Virus record (IMG/VR): IMGVR_UViG_3300017747_000149
Location: 1 to 29,863 of that record
Reading direction: 5' to 3' (one strand)
From: a virus
Taxonomy: Duplodnaviria; Caudoviricetes
DNA length: 29,863 bases
Made by a program: the position numbers and the translations under genes. Position 1 is the stretch's first letter, and each line of letters starts with the position of its first letter. This document shows, piece after piece, positions 1 to 8,783 of this stretch. The notes beneath the pieces are model-generated. The model searched no databases. It was not told the origin of the DNA and saw only the letters and a program-made list of their open reading frames with translations.

Positions 1-858
1 ACACAGATCACTGCTCAAGATCTGAATGATGAAGACTTCACCTTGGTTGTTGACCAAGCTAACTACTACGCTTTCAAGATTGATGACATCGAAGCTGCTC
101 ACTCACATGTGAACTTCATGCAGATGGCTTCTGATCGTGCAGCGTATCGTTTGCGTGATCAATATGACCAAGATGTCTTGGGTTACTTGTCTGGTTTCTC
201 ACAGTCTGCAAAGCATGTGAATCCTGACACAGCTCGTACAGCAGCCGCTGGTACTAAGGCAGTTACTGCCGCTGGTGCTGATGAGTTGTTGGCTTCTATG
301 AAGCTGAAAAAAGGTAGCTTTGGTAACATCACTACAGCTTCTGCTGGTGATCATTCCATTCCTTTGGCTCCTCGCCTCCCCGGTGCAACAGCATTGCCTA
401 CAGATGTGGCATCACCTTTGATGGTGATTTCTCGTATGGGTCGTCTGTTGGATCAACAGTTTGTTGATTCTGCTGGTCGTTGGTTGGTGGTCGATCCTGT
501 GTTCATCGAGATGTTGAAGGACGAAGACAGCCGTTTGTTGAATAGTGATTTTGGTGGTTCTGGTTTGCAGAACGGCTTGGTCATTAACAACTTGCATGGC
601 TTCCGTATCTATGTTTCTAACAACCTGCCAAAGATTGGTACTGGTGCTGGTACTTCAGGTACTGCTAACCAGAACTCCAACTATGGTGTGATTGTTGGCG
701 GTCATGACTCTGCTGTTGCTTCTGCTCAGCAAATCACCAAGACTGAAACATATCGTGATCCCGACAGCTTCGCTGACATCGTGCGTGGTATGCATCTTTA
801 TGGTCGCAAAATCTTGCGTCCTGAAGGCATCGTCACTGCTAAATACAACGCTGCTTAA
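1..858 (+). CDS. Major capsid protein, C-terminal part (5' end outside window)
   Basis: The frame is open from base 1 (TQITAQDLNDEDFTLVVDQANYYAFKIDDIE). It contains RWLVVDP, GFRIYVSNNLP and the C-terminal ETYRDPDSFADIVRGMHLYGRKILRPE, typical of HK97-fold P22/T7-like coat proteins. All Arg codons are CGY, consistent with high expression. Confidence 0.9.
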   Translation, partial: TQITAQDLNDEDFTLVVDQANYYAFKIDDIEAAHSHVNFMQMASDRAAYRLRDQYDQDVLGYLSGFSQSAKHVNPDTARTAAAGTKAVTAAGADELLASMKLKKGSFGNITTASAGDHSIPLAPRLPGATALPTDVASPLMVISRMGRLLDQQFVDSAGRWLVVDPVFIEMLKDEDSRLLNSDFGGSGLQNGLVINNLHGFRIYVSNNLPKIGTGAGTSGTANQNSNYGVIVGGHDSAVASAQQITKTETYRDPDSFADIVRGMHLYGRKILRPEGIVTAKYNAA

Positions 859-869
859 GGAGAAACATT

Positions 870-1355
870 ATGGCAACTATTACAACTTTGGCTGGTGCAG
901 CCTCCGCTGGTCGCACTGTTGGTGCTGTCCCTTACTTGGTCGATGTTACAGTTGACTTCGCTGCTGCAGCTACAGCTAAAGGCTCTGCCTTGGCTGCTGC
1001 TGATGTCATTGAAGCTCTCAGTGTTCCCGCTAACACTGTCATTTTGAATGCTGGTATGGAAGTTATCACTGCCCTTGGTGGTGAGTCTTCTGACACTACA
1101 TTCGATTTGGGTACTGGTGTTGATGCTGACAACTTCGTTGATGGCTTTGATGCTGACGCTGCTGCCGCTGGTGCTTATGCCCAGAATGCTGCTGCTTTCC
1201 AGCCTATCGTAGCTGGCACTGCTGACACTATTGACATTACCATTGCCACTGCCACTACTGCTCCCACCTCTGGTGAAGTGCGTGTATGGGCTGTGTTGAT
1301 GAATGTCGATGGTCGTCCTGCACGGGCTTCCGTTGATCGTGAGCAACTGGCTTAA
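870..1355 (+). CDS. Putative capsid decoration/cement protein (161 aa, Ala-rich)
   Basis: Strong AAGGAG RBS, directly after the capsid gene and before a terminator. Codon usage matches the capsid gene and the pattern is beta-strand rich. Function is inferred from position. Confidence 0.6.
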   Translation: MATITTLAGAASAGRTVGAVPYLVDVTVDFAAAATAKGSALAAADVIEALSVPANTVILNAGMEVITALGGESSDTTFDLGTGVDADNFVDGFDADAAAAGAYAQNAAAFQPIVAGTADTIDITIATATTAPTSGEVRVWAVLMNVDGRPARASVDREQLA

Positions 1356-1369
1356 TAGCTAGTTGATGC

Positions 1370-1405
1370 AGGGAGGGGCTTAACCGCCTCTCCCTTTTAT
1401 TGTTT
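1370..1405 (+). terminator. Rho-independent terminator after the capsid/decoration genes
   Basis: GGGAGGGGC-ttaacc-GCCTCTCCC stem (1371-1394) followed by TTTTATTGTTT. Positionally like T7 T-phi. Confidence 0.85.
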
Positions 1406-1412
1406 AAAAAAT

Positions 1413-2123
1413 ATGTCCACATACATTTCTTTAACGAATGAATTGCTACGAAGAATGGGTGAGGTCACTATGGACTCCACCGAATTCGATGGTGCTAGAA
1501 ACATCCAAGCTCTAGCAAAGAATGCTATCAATTCATCCATTAGAGAGTTGATGCACTCTGCACAAGAGTGGCCTTTTGCTTTAGCTACTCAAACACAAAC
1601 ACTAACTGTTGGTACAGGTACATATAGTTTTCCTTCTAATACGTCCACTGTAGATTGGGATTCTTTTTATTTAAAGAGACTCACTGCAGCTAACAATCAA
1701 CCATCTCGTCTTTCTGTTCTTACTTACACTGACTACCTAAACAACCATCGTCCTCAGGAAGATGTTAATGGTACTGGTGGGTATGGTCCTACCATTGCCG
1801 TATATCAAACACAAGAGTCTAAGTTTGGTGCTACTCCTATTCCAGATCAAGCATATGAGATTGAATATAAGTATTGGTCTTTCCCTGCTGATTTATCTGT
1901 GTCTACAGATGTAGCCATTATTCCAGATAGATTTACTAATGTATTGATTGATGGTGCTATGTTCTATATGCTAATGTTCAGATCTAATGAACAAGGCGCA
2001 GCAGTATACAAAGACAAATTTGATATTGGTATTAGAGCGATGAGAAGATTGTTGTTGGATGAACCTATGTATATGAGTTCTACAGCATCTGTTAGTCCTT
2101 CATTCCATCCTAGAGTGTTTTAA
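1413..2123 (+). CDS. Tail tubular protein A / head-tail adaptor (T7 gp11-like)
   Basis: N-terminal YISLTNELLRRMGE, INSSIRE..WPF and C-terminal IPDRFTNVLIDGA pattern; positioned after the capsid genes. Confidence 0.75.
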   Translation: MSTYISLTNELLRRMGEVTMDSTEFDGARNIQALAKNAINSSIRELMHSAQEWPFALATQTQTLTVGTGTYSFPSNTSTVDWDSFYLKRLTAANNQPSRLSVLTYTDYLNNHRPQEDVNGTGGYGPTIAVYQTQESKFGATPIPDQAYEIEYKYWSFPADLSVSTDVAIIPDRFTNVLIDGAMFYMLMFRSNEQGAAVYKDKFDIGIRAMRRLLLDEPMYMSSTASVSPSFHPRVF

Positions 2124-3679
2124 TGGCAGATAGAATCAGTGGCTTTAAAGTAACTTGTATTGGTGGCATGAACACCAATAGAGATGTATTGTCTCAAGGT
2201 GAAGAAAGCCCCGGCTCTGCTACACAACTTATTAATTATGAGCCTTCTATTACTGGTGGCTATAGACGCATCAGTGGATTTGCTAATAACTATGGAACAG
2301 TTACAGGAACTGGTGCTGTCTTAGGCGTATTGGTAGCAGAGAACTTAAACAATAGTATTTTTGCTTGTCGTAAACCTTCTTCTGGTACAGACTACTTTTA
2401 TAGGTGGGTAGCATCATCATCCACTTGGACTGCGATATCAACTCCCGGTACAGTGACAATGGTGGGAGTTAAGAAGGTTAGGTTTACTAAATATAATTGG
2501 AGTGCTCCTAAATTTGTTTTAACTGATGGCATTAATCCAGCAGCCGTGTATGATGGTACAACATATACACAGATTACTCATGCTAATGCACCTGATAGTC
2601 CCAAGTATTCAGCAGCGTTTAAGAATCATATATTTTTAGCTGGTGATCCTACAGATCCATATAACTTATATGTTTCTTCTCCATTAGCGGAAACAGACTT
2701 TAATCCAGCTAATGGTGCTGCTGTTATTAATGTAGGCTTTGAAATTGTTCAGATAAAACAGTTTAGAGATACGCTGTATATCTTTGGTAAGAATGCTATT
2801 AAGAGCTTGGTAGGTACTAACATTGCTGACTTTGTGGTTGGTGAAGTTACAACAAATTTAGGTTGTGTTGTTCCAGACAGTGTGATAGAACTGGGTGGTA
2901 ATTTATTGTTCTTAGGACCAGATGGTTTTAGGCCAGTGTCAGGAACAAACAAGATTGGTGACGTTGAGCTTGAAACTATTTCTAAGCAGATTCAATTTAC
3001 CATTACATCAATCCTACAAGAATTAAATTCTGGTTCTATAGATCCAGAATCTTTGAGTTCAGTGGTTATTCGTAAGAAATCTCAATTTAGAATGTTTATT
3101 CCTAGTGAAGGAACATTTGGATTGTTAGGTGGCTTGCGTGAAAGAGAGGGTGGCATTTCTTTTGAGTATAGTCAATTGTATGGCTTTCCTGCTACCTGCT
3201 CTTCTAGTGGTTATATTGGTATTGATGAAGTAGTTATTCATGGTGATTCTACTGGTAAGGTACATAGACAAGAAACAGGAACTTCTTTTGCCACTGCTGA
3301 AATATTGAGTGTTTATCAAACTCCTTTTTATTATTTCCAAGATCCTACCATTAGAAAGAACTTCTATAACATTTCTACTTTCTTAAGAAGTGAAGGATCT
3401 TCCAATATTGTTATGGGTGTTTCCTATGACTTTGATGATTCAGTTGATGTGTTTAATCCTGCTAACTATAACTTGCCCATTGTTGGAACTGCTGCTTATT
3501 ACAATGAAGCCATCTATGATGCTACAGCCATTTACGATGGTAATCCATCACCAGTGAAGAAGACAAACATTGAAGGCTCTGGTTTCTCCATTGCTTTCAA
3601 ATATGTGACTAATGATACGAATGCTAGTCATACAATTCAGGGCTTGGTCTTGAATTATTCAATCAATGACAGACGCTAA
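2123..3679 (+). CDS. Tail tubular protein B / nozzle-stabilisation protein (518 aa)
   Basis: N-terminal GGMN..LINYEP..GGYRRISG and beta-propeller-like segments (LGCV..DSV.E.G..LLFLGPDGFR). Coupled to the adaptor gene by a TAATG overlap. Confidence 0.7.
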   Translation: MADRISGFKVTCIGGMNTNRDVLSQGEESPGSATQLINYEPSITGGYRRISGFANNYGTVTGTGAVLGVLVAENLNNSIFACRKPSSGTDYFYRWVASSSTWTAISTPGTVTMVGVKKVRFTKYNWSAPKFVLTDGINPAAVYDGTTYTQITHANAPDSPKYSAAFKNHIFLAGDPTDPYNLYVSSPLAETDFNPANGAAVINVGFEIVQIKQFRDTLYIFGKNAIKSLVGTNIADFVVGEVTTNLGCVVPDSVIELGGNLLFLGPDGFRPVSGTNKIGDVELETISKQIQFTITSILQELNSGSIDPESLSSVVIRKKSQFRMFIPSEGTFGLLGGLREREGGISFEYSQLYGFPATCSSSGYIGIDEVVIHGDSTGKVHRQETGTSFATAEILSVYQTPFYYFQDPTIRKNFYNISTFLRSEGSSNIVMGVSYDFDDSVDVFNPANYNLPIVGTAAYYNEAIYDATAIYDGNPSPVKKTNIEGSGFSIAFKYVTNDTNASHTIQGLVLNYSINDRR

Positions 3680-3690
3680 GGAGAACTACT

Positions 3691-6600
3691 TTGACAGGCT
3701 ATTTAAGACAATCTGCTGCTGATATCGTCCCAACGGGCGTAGTTAGAGCTGCACCAATTAATAATGAGCTTAATGCTCTGCGTGATGCTTTTGCCACTGC
3801 TGGTGGACATAAGCACGATGGCACTGCTGCTGAGGGTCATCCTGTTCCTGTTATTGGAGATGCTGACTTATTAAATAAGATTGCTACAGACACAGCTAAC
3901 AATAGACATGGTGTGTTTGTTGAGGTGGGTGCTGCTGCTGTTGAGCAGGTTCGCTTTCAAGATGGTGCTATTGTTCCAGTAACAGACAATGATGTTGACT
4001 TAGGTACAAGTGCTCTTGAGTTTAAAGACCTGCACATTGATGGCACAGCAAACATTGACAGCTTAGTAGCTGACACTGCTGACATTAATGGAGGCACTGT
4101 TGATGCTGCTGTTATTGGTGCAAGTACACCAGCAGCAGCTACAGTGACTAATTTAACAGTTAATACAGCAGCAACAATTGCTTCTGCTGATATCAATGCA
4201 GGTACTATCGATGGTGCAGTGATTGGTGGCTCTTCTGCTTTAGCCATCACAGGCACTACAGTTACAGCCACTACTGGTTTTGTTGGTGATCTTACTGGTG
4301 CTGTCACTGGTAATACCACAGGTACACATACAGGTTCTGTTGTTGGTAATGTCACAGGTAACTTAACTGGTAATGTTACAGCCTCTACAGGCACATCAAC
4401 ATTCAATGATGTCACCATCAATGGTGGCTTGAACATGGATGCAGCCACTGCTGCCACCATTACAAACCTAACTAGCCCTACCAATTCTGGTGACGCAGCT
4501 ACCAAAGGTTATGTAGACACAGCAGACGCATTAAAGCTTAATCTGTCTGGTGGCACAATGTCGGGTGTTATTGCTATGGGTACTAGCAAGATCACTGGAC
4601 TAGGTGATCCAACTCTTGCACAAGACGCTGCCACTAAAACTTATGTTGATACATCTATCAGCAACTTAGTAGCCGCTGCTCCCGGAGCGTTAGACACTCT
4701 AGATGAATTGGCTGCTGCCTTAGGCGATGATGCCAACTTTGCCACCACAGTGACAAACTCCATTGCAACAAAACTAGCACTTGCTGGTGGCACTATGTCT
4801 GGTGCTATTGCAATGGGTACTAATAAAATCACTGGCTTAGGTGATCCTACTCTTGCACAAGATGCTGCCACTAAAACTTATGTTGATACAGCAGACGCAT
4901 TAAAACTAGATCTTGCTGGTGGCACTATGAGTGGTGCTATTGCTATGGGTACTTCTAAGATCACAGGTCTTGGCAATCCCACAGCAAACCAAGACGCTGC
5001 CACTAAAACCTATGTAGACACTGCCGATGCATTGAAGCTGTCCTTAACAGGTGGCACAATGTCTGGAGCAATTGCGATGGGTACTTCCAAGATTACAGGC
5101 TTGGGTACTCCTACAGATAATGCTGATGCTACAACTAAACTGTATGTTGATGGCATCTTAGGCTCTGCTACTGCTGCTGCTGCTTCAGCTTCTGCTGCAG
5201 CCACCTCTGCTTCTAATGCAGCTACTAGTGAAAGCAATGCATCTACATCAGCATCTAATGCTTCTAGCTCTGCCTCCGCTGCTTCAACATCAGCTACCAA
5301 TGCTGCTAATAGCTATGACGCTTTTGATGATAGATATTTAGGAAGTAAAACTTCTGCTCCTTCTGTTGATAATGATGGCAATGCTTTGTTAACTGGTGCT
5401 TTGTATTGGAATAGCACAAGCAATGAATTGTATTTGTGGACTGGTTCAGTATGGACTCAAGCAGCTTTTACAGCAAGTGGCTTTGCTACTTTGACAGGTA
5501 CTGAAACCCTGACAAACAAGACACTAACTTTCCCTGCAATTGATAACCCTAAGATGGGTTACACAACAACTGTTACAGCAGCAGGAACTACGACTTTAAC
5601 AGCCACAAGCAATCACCAACAATTCTTTACTGGTTCAACAACTCAAACAATTGTTCTGCCTGTTACAAGCACTTTGGCTTTGGGTGTAAGTTATTCAATT
5701 GAGAATAATTCAACTGGCACTTTGACTGTGCAGTCTAGTGGATTGAATTCAATCACCACTATCCCTTCTGGTGTTACAACTCGTTTCACTTGCATTTTGA
5801 CAAGTGGTACAACTGCTTCGTCTTGGGACTTTGCCCAAATAGGTTTTGGAACAATCACAGGAACTGGCTCTGTTGTTTTAGCTACTTCACCTACTCTGGT
5901 AACGCCTATATTAGGCACACCCACAAGCGGTACTTTAACCAATGCTACAGGCTTGCCTCTTTCAACTGGTGTAACTGGAACTTTACCAGTAGCCAATGGA
6001 GGTACAGGAGTAACTACCTCTACAGGCTCTGGAAATAATGTTTTATCTACAAGCCCAACTTTAGTTACTCCTCTTCTAGGAACACCTACTTCGGGTAATT
6101 TGGCAAACTGTACATTTCCAACACTAAACCAAAACACAACAGGTACAGCGGCAAATGTTACAGGAATAGTTGCAGTTGCAAATGGTGGTACAGGCACAGC
6201 AACCCCTGCGCTTGTTCAAGGAACTAACATCACAATCACTGGTAGTTGGCCTAATCAAACAATTACAGCCGCAAGCGGTTCAACTGCTAACGGTCAAACC
6301 TTTACTTCATCTGGCACATGGACAAAACCCGCTGGTGTAACTTTTGTTGAAGTTGAGTGTTGGGGCGGTGGCGGTGGCGGTGGTAGTGGAGCTAGACTTG
6401 GTACTTCATCATTTCGAGGTGGTGGTACTGGTGGTGGCGGTGGAGCTAGAGCAAGGCAATTATTTTTAGCTTCAGATTTAACTTCTACTGTTACTGTGAC
6501 TGTTGGCGCAGGTGGTACTGGCGGTGCGGCTCAAACATCATCTGCTAAAGGACTCAACGGAACTGCTGGCGGAACAACATCTTTCGGCTCCTACCTTGTT

Positions 6601-7230
6601 GTTTATGGTGGTGGGCGGGGTGGTGGTGGTGCAGGTTCAAGTGGGAGTTCTTGCCCCGGTGGTGGTGGTGGAGGCACAGGCAGTGCTGGTCAAGACTCTG
6701 CCGTTGATAGAACTGGTGGAACAACAGGGGGATATCCTACGCTTAACTCTGTTGCGGGTATTGGTGGTGGCGGAGCATATGGCAGCCCATCCGAAGCTCT
6801 TAGTAGCGAATGGGGAGGTGCTTCGGGTGGAGGCTTTGATGGCGGTGCTAATGCCAGAAATGGCGGAAGAGCAATTTTTGGTGGTTGTGGCGGTGGCGGT
6901 GGTGGTGGTCTTACCCAATACGATCAGGTGAGGTCAGGTGCTGCTGGTGGTGGATATGGATTTGCTAACGGTAATGCCGCCCAAGGTGGTGGTGGTACAG
7001 CGGGAACAGCAGATGGCGCAGCAGGTGGTGCAGGGGCTGTGTTAGGGAGTTTATCTGGTGAAGGTGGTGGCGGTGGTTCATATGGATCTGCAAGTAATGG
7101 CGGTGCTGGCGGTGCTGGCGGTGCTGGTGGTGGCGGTGGCGGTGGCGGTGGCTCGACAACAACTTCACGAGTAACTTCAGGTGCTGGCGGTAATGGCGGT
7201 AGCGGTCGTGTTCGTGTTTATGCTTGGTAA
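3691..7230 (+). CDS. Tail fibre protein (1179 aa), mosaic, with C-terminal glycine-rich domain
   Basis: TTG start with AAGGAG RBS. N-terminal anchor (GYLRQS..GHKHDG), DAATKTYVD repeats, the APGALDTLDELAAALGDDANFATTV fibre motif, a Ser/Ala coil, the FDDRYLG..GALYWN motif, LPVANGGTG motifs and a FTSSGTW..WGGGGGGG..GSGRVRVYAW Gly-rich domain. Confidence 0.88.
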   Translation: MTGYLRQSAADIVPTGVVRAAPINNELNALRDAFATAGGHKHDGTAAEGHPVPVIGDADLLNKIATDTANNRHGVFVEVGAAAVEQVRFQDGAIVPVTDNDVDLGTSALEFKDLHIDGTANIDSLVADTADINGGTVDAAVIGASTPAAATVTNLTVNTAATIASADINAGTIDGAVIGGSSALAITGTTVTATTGFVGDLTGAVTGNTTGTHTGSVVGNVTGNLTGNVTASTGTSTFNDVTINGGLNMDAATAATITNLTSPTNSGDAATKGYVDTADALKLNLSGGTMSGVIAMGTSKITGLGDPTLAQDAATKTYVDTSISNLVAAAPGALDTLDELAAALGDDANFATTVTNSIATKLALAGGTMSGAIAMGTNKITGLGDPTLAQDAATKTYVDTADALKLDLAGGTMSGAIAMGTSKITGLGNPTANQDAATKTYVDTADALKLSLTGGTMSGAIAMGTSKITGLGTPTDNADATTKLYVDGILGSATAAAASASAAATSASNAATSESNASTSASNASSSASAASTSATNAANSYDAFDDRYLGSKTSAPSVDNDGNALLTGALYWNSTSNELYLWTGSVWTQAAFTASGFATLTGTETLTNKTLTFPAIDNPKMGYTTTVTAAGTTTLTATSNHQQFFTGSTTQTIVLPVTSTLALGVSYSIENNSTGTLTVQSSGLNSITTIPSGVTTRFTCILTSGTTASSWDFAQIGFGTITGTGSVVLATSPTLVTPILGTPTSGTLTNATGLPLSTGVTGTLPVANGGTGVTTSTGSGNNVLSTSPTLVTPLLGTPTSGNLANCTFPTLNQNTTGTAANVTGIVAVANGGTGTATPALVQGTNITITGSWPNQTITAASGSTANGQTFTSSGTWTKPAGVTFVEVECWGGGGGGGSGARLGTSSFRGGGTGGGGGARARQLFLASDLTSTVTVTVGAGGTGGAAQTSSAKGLNGTAGGTTSFGSYLVVYGGGRGGGGAGSSGSSCPGGGGGGTGSAGQDSAVDRTGGTTGGYPTLNSVAGIGGGGAYGSPSEALSSEWGGASGGGFDGGANARNGGRAIFGGCGGGGGGGLTQYDQVRSGAAGGGYGFANGNAAQGGGGTAGTADGAAGGAGAVLGSLSGEGGGGGSYGSASNGGAGGAGGAGGGGGGGGGSTTTSRVTSGAGGNGGSGRVRVYAW
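4459..5160 (+). repeat. Tandem 132-nt (44-aa) coding repeats in the tail fibre
   Basis: GGTMSG(A/V)IAMGT(S/N)KITGLG.PT..(Q/A)DA(A/T)TK.YVD units start at 4549, 4786, 4918 and 5050, plus a partial unit upstream. A 35-aa insert lies between units 1 and 2. Confidence 0.92.
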
Positions 7231-7239
7231 GGAGAAAAA

Positions 7240-7458
7240 ATGAAACACGCTGTAATTGATAATGGAATTATTGTTAACGTAGTTTTGTCGGAGTCTGACT
7301 TTGCTGCTCAGATGGGTTGGGTTGCTTTCCCTGACTATGTTGACAACAAGGCAGTTGGTATTGGTTGGGGTTACGATGGCACAAATTGGATTGCGCCAGA
7401 AGAGCCACCAGAAGCTGAACTTGCTCCAGAAGTCACAGTTGATGTGGAGCGTATATGA
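7240..7458 (+). CDS. Small acidic protein, putative tail fibre assembly/accessory protein
   Basis: AAGGAG RBS. The MKHAVIDNGIIVNVV..VGIGWGYDGT.W..P pattern is commonly found after Gly-rich fibre genes. Confidence 0.6.
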   Translation: MKHAVIDNGIIVNVVLSESDFAAQMGWVAFPDYVDNKAVGIGWGYDGTNWIAPEEPPEAELAPEVTVDVERI

Positions 7459-7808
7459 GTGTAGGCGGCACAATTCAAATTGTTGACAATGTGTTTGTCA
7501 AATTAATGTGCCTTAATAATGTTGGCGATAAAGTCACAGGCCACGTTCATACGTTTGACCACATCACTTTATTGTCGACTGGCAGAGTAATCATGAGGGC
7601 AAGAGGTGTTGAAAAAGAACACGTTGCTCCAAAGATTCTTGTGACACCAAAAGGCATCAGCCATGAGTTTGAAGCCCTAGAAGACAATACTGTTTTATCT
7701 TGCATTCACGCCATTCGTGATGGTGATGGTGAAGATGATGTTGCACCACAAGATATTACTAAAGAGCAAGCTGAAGACTTACTGCAAAAGTTTCCTTTAA
7801 CTGAATAG
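7455..7808 (+). CDS. Cupin-fold (RmlC-like) protein
   Basis: H-x-H-x3-H (GHVHTFDHITLL) and P.G..H.F.A.E (PKGISHEFEALEDN) cupin motifs; ATGA overlap with the previous gene. Confidence 0.75.
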   Translation: MSVGGTIQIVDNVFVKLMCLNNVGDKVTGHVHTFDHITLLSTGRVIMRARGVEKEHVAPKILVTPKGISHEFEALEDNTVLSCIHAIRDGDGEDDVAPQDITKEQAEDLLQKFPLTE

Positions 7809-7847
7809 TCATGTAAGACAAATACAACTACACAATCGGAATAAACT

Positions 7848-7937
7848 ATGACAACAACTTGGACTATCTCAACACTTAATCGTGAAACCACTACAGGTTT
7901 TGTAACTACAGCCACAGGCACACTGTGGTCTGCATGA
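7848..7937 (+). pseudogene. Internally deleted remnant of a tail-associated small protein (29 codons)
   Basis: MTTTWTISTLNRETTTGFVTTA-TGTLWSA resembles the N-terminus and extreme C-terminus of a ~100-aa phage protein recalled as commonly lying beside tail fibres, with the middle missing. It has an upstream GGA and an ATGA overlap with the next gene. Confidence 0.55.
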
Positions 7938-8161
7938 TGGAAGAGGTTACACACGCTCAAATCTATGAACGCCTATGCGAAGTTGAAGCTAAGGTGGATC
8001 AGCTAGATAAGAACACACAAACTGTGGTGGCTGCTTTCAATGCAGCCTCTGGTGCATTCACTGTGCTTGAGTGGCTTGCTAGAGCAGTGAAGCCCATCTT
8101 AGTTATTGGTGCTTTCTGTGGGGCTATATGGCTTGCTATAGAAAACAAGCTGCATCAGTAA
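7934..8161 (+). CDS. Coiled-coil plus single-TM protein (holin/XhlA-like)
   Basis: ERLCEVEAKVDQL coiled coil followed by hydrophobic AVKPILVIGAFCGAIWLAI. The ATG at 7934 overlaps the previous stop. Confidence 0.6.
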   Translation: MMEEVTHAQIYERLCEVEAKVDQLDKNTQTVVAAFNAASGAFTVLEWLARAVKPILVIGAFCGAIWLAIENKLHQ

Positions 8162-8292
8162 TACTTTTATTATTAATATCTTTCCCTATCGGGTCCAAAG
8201 AGGAGAAATATAAATGTGTCCGATGGACATGGACTGGAGATGTGTATAACAGAAAAGTTGTATGCATTGAATGGAAAAAGGTTGAGCGATGA
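8128..8292 (+). CDS. Small exported/membrane peptide, 54 aa (not in ORF track)
   Basis: MACYRKQAASVILLLLISFPIGSKEEKYKCVRWTWTGDVYNRKVVCIEWKKVER. It fills the gap exactly, its stop overlaps the next ATG (ATGA), and the N-terminus is signal-like. Confidence 0.65.
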   Translation: MACYRKQAASVILLLLISFPIGSKEEKYKCVRWTWTGDVYNRKVVCIEWKKVER

Positions 8293-8783
8293 TTGATCCC
8301 ATCACCGCCCTAGCTGGCATACAAACAGCCATCAGCATGGTCAAGAAGGCCAGTGCTGTGGCATCTGATCTTGGGTCTTTAGCCCCAATGATTGGTAAGC
8401 TTTTTGACGCTAAATCAACTGCCACTAAAGCTTTAATTGAAACGAAGAAGAGTAAAGGTTCCAACATGGGAACTGCTCTTCAGATTGAGATGGCTCTTGA
8501 ACAAGCTAGAGCGTTTGAAGAAGAACTCAAGATGCTCTTTATGACCACAGGCAAGATTGATGTGTGGAATAAAATTAAAGCTCGGCAAGACCAGATGGAT
8601 ATTGACGATGCAAGAGAGCTTCGTGCTTTAGAGCGAGCAGAAAAGAAAGCCAAAGAAAAAGAAGCCGAGATGAATGAGCTGGTAATGATTATTGGTGGCT
8701 GTGCTTTTGTTTTGCTCTTGGTATTCATTGGTATTAATGAGTTGATGACCTTTTGTGAGACAACAAAAAGGTGTGGGCGGTGA
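8289..8783 (+). CDS. Hypothetical membrane protein (164 aa, C-terminal TM)
   Basis: MIDPITALA N-terminus, coiled-coil middle, TM LVMIIGGCAFVLLLVFIGI; coupled on both sides. Confidence 0.75.
   Translation: MIDPITALAGIQTAISMVKKASAVASDLGSLAPMIGKLFDAKSTATKALIETKKSKGSNMGTALQIEMALEQARAFEEELKMLFMTTGKIDVWNKIKARQDQMDIDDARELRALERAEKKAKEKEAEMNELVMIIGGCAFVLLLVFIGINELMTFCETTKRCGR

Noticed and set aside
820-875. Possible T7 10A/10B-like frameshift or read-through fusing capsid to the next ORF
   Set aside because: No slippery heptamer near the capsid stop; the next gene has its own strong RBS.
4549-5160. Repeats considered as a CRISPR array or DGR template/variable repeat
   Set aside because: In-frame coding repeats with mostly synonymous differences, no unique spacers, no adenine-specific pattern, and no cas or reverse transcriptase in the window.
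7099-7152. GGCGGTGCT and GGTGGC microsatellite-like runs
   Set aside because: Explained by poly-Gly/Ala coding; unit lengths are multiples of 3, so there is no phase-variation switch.
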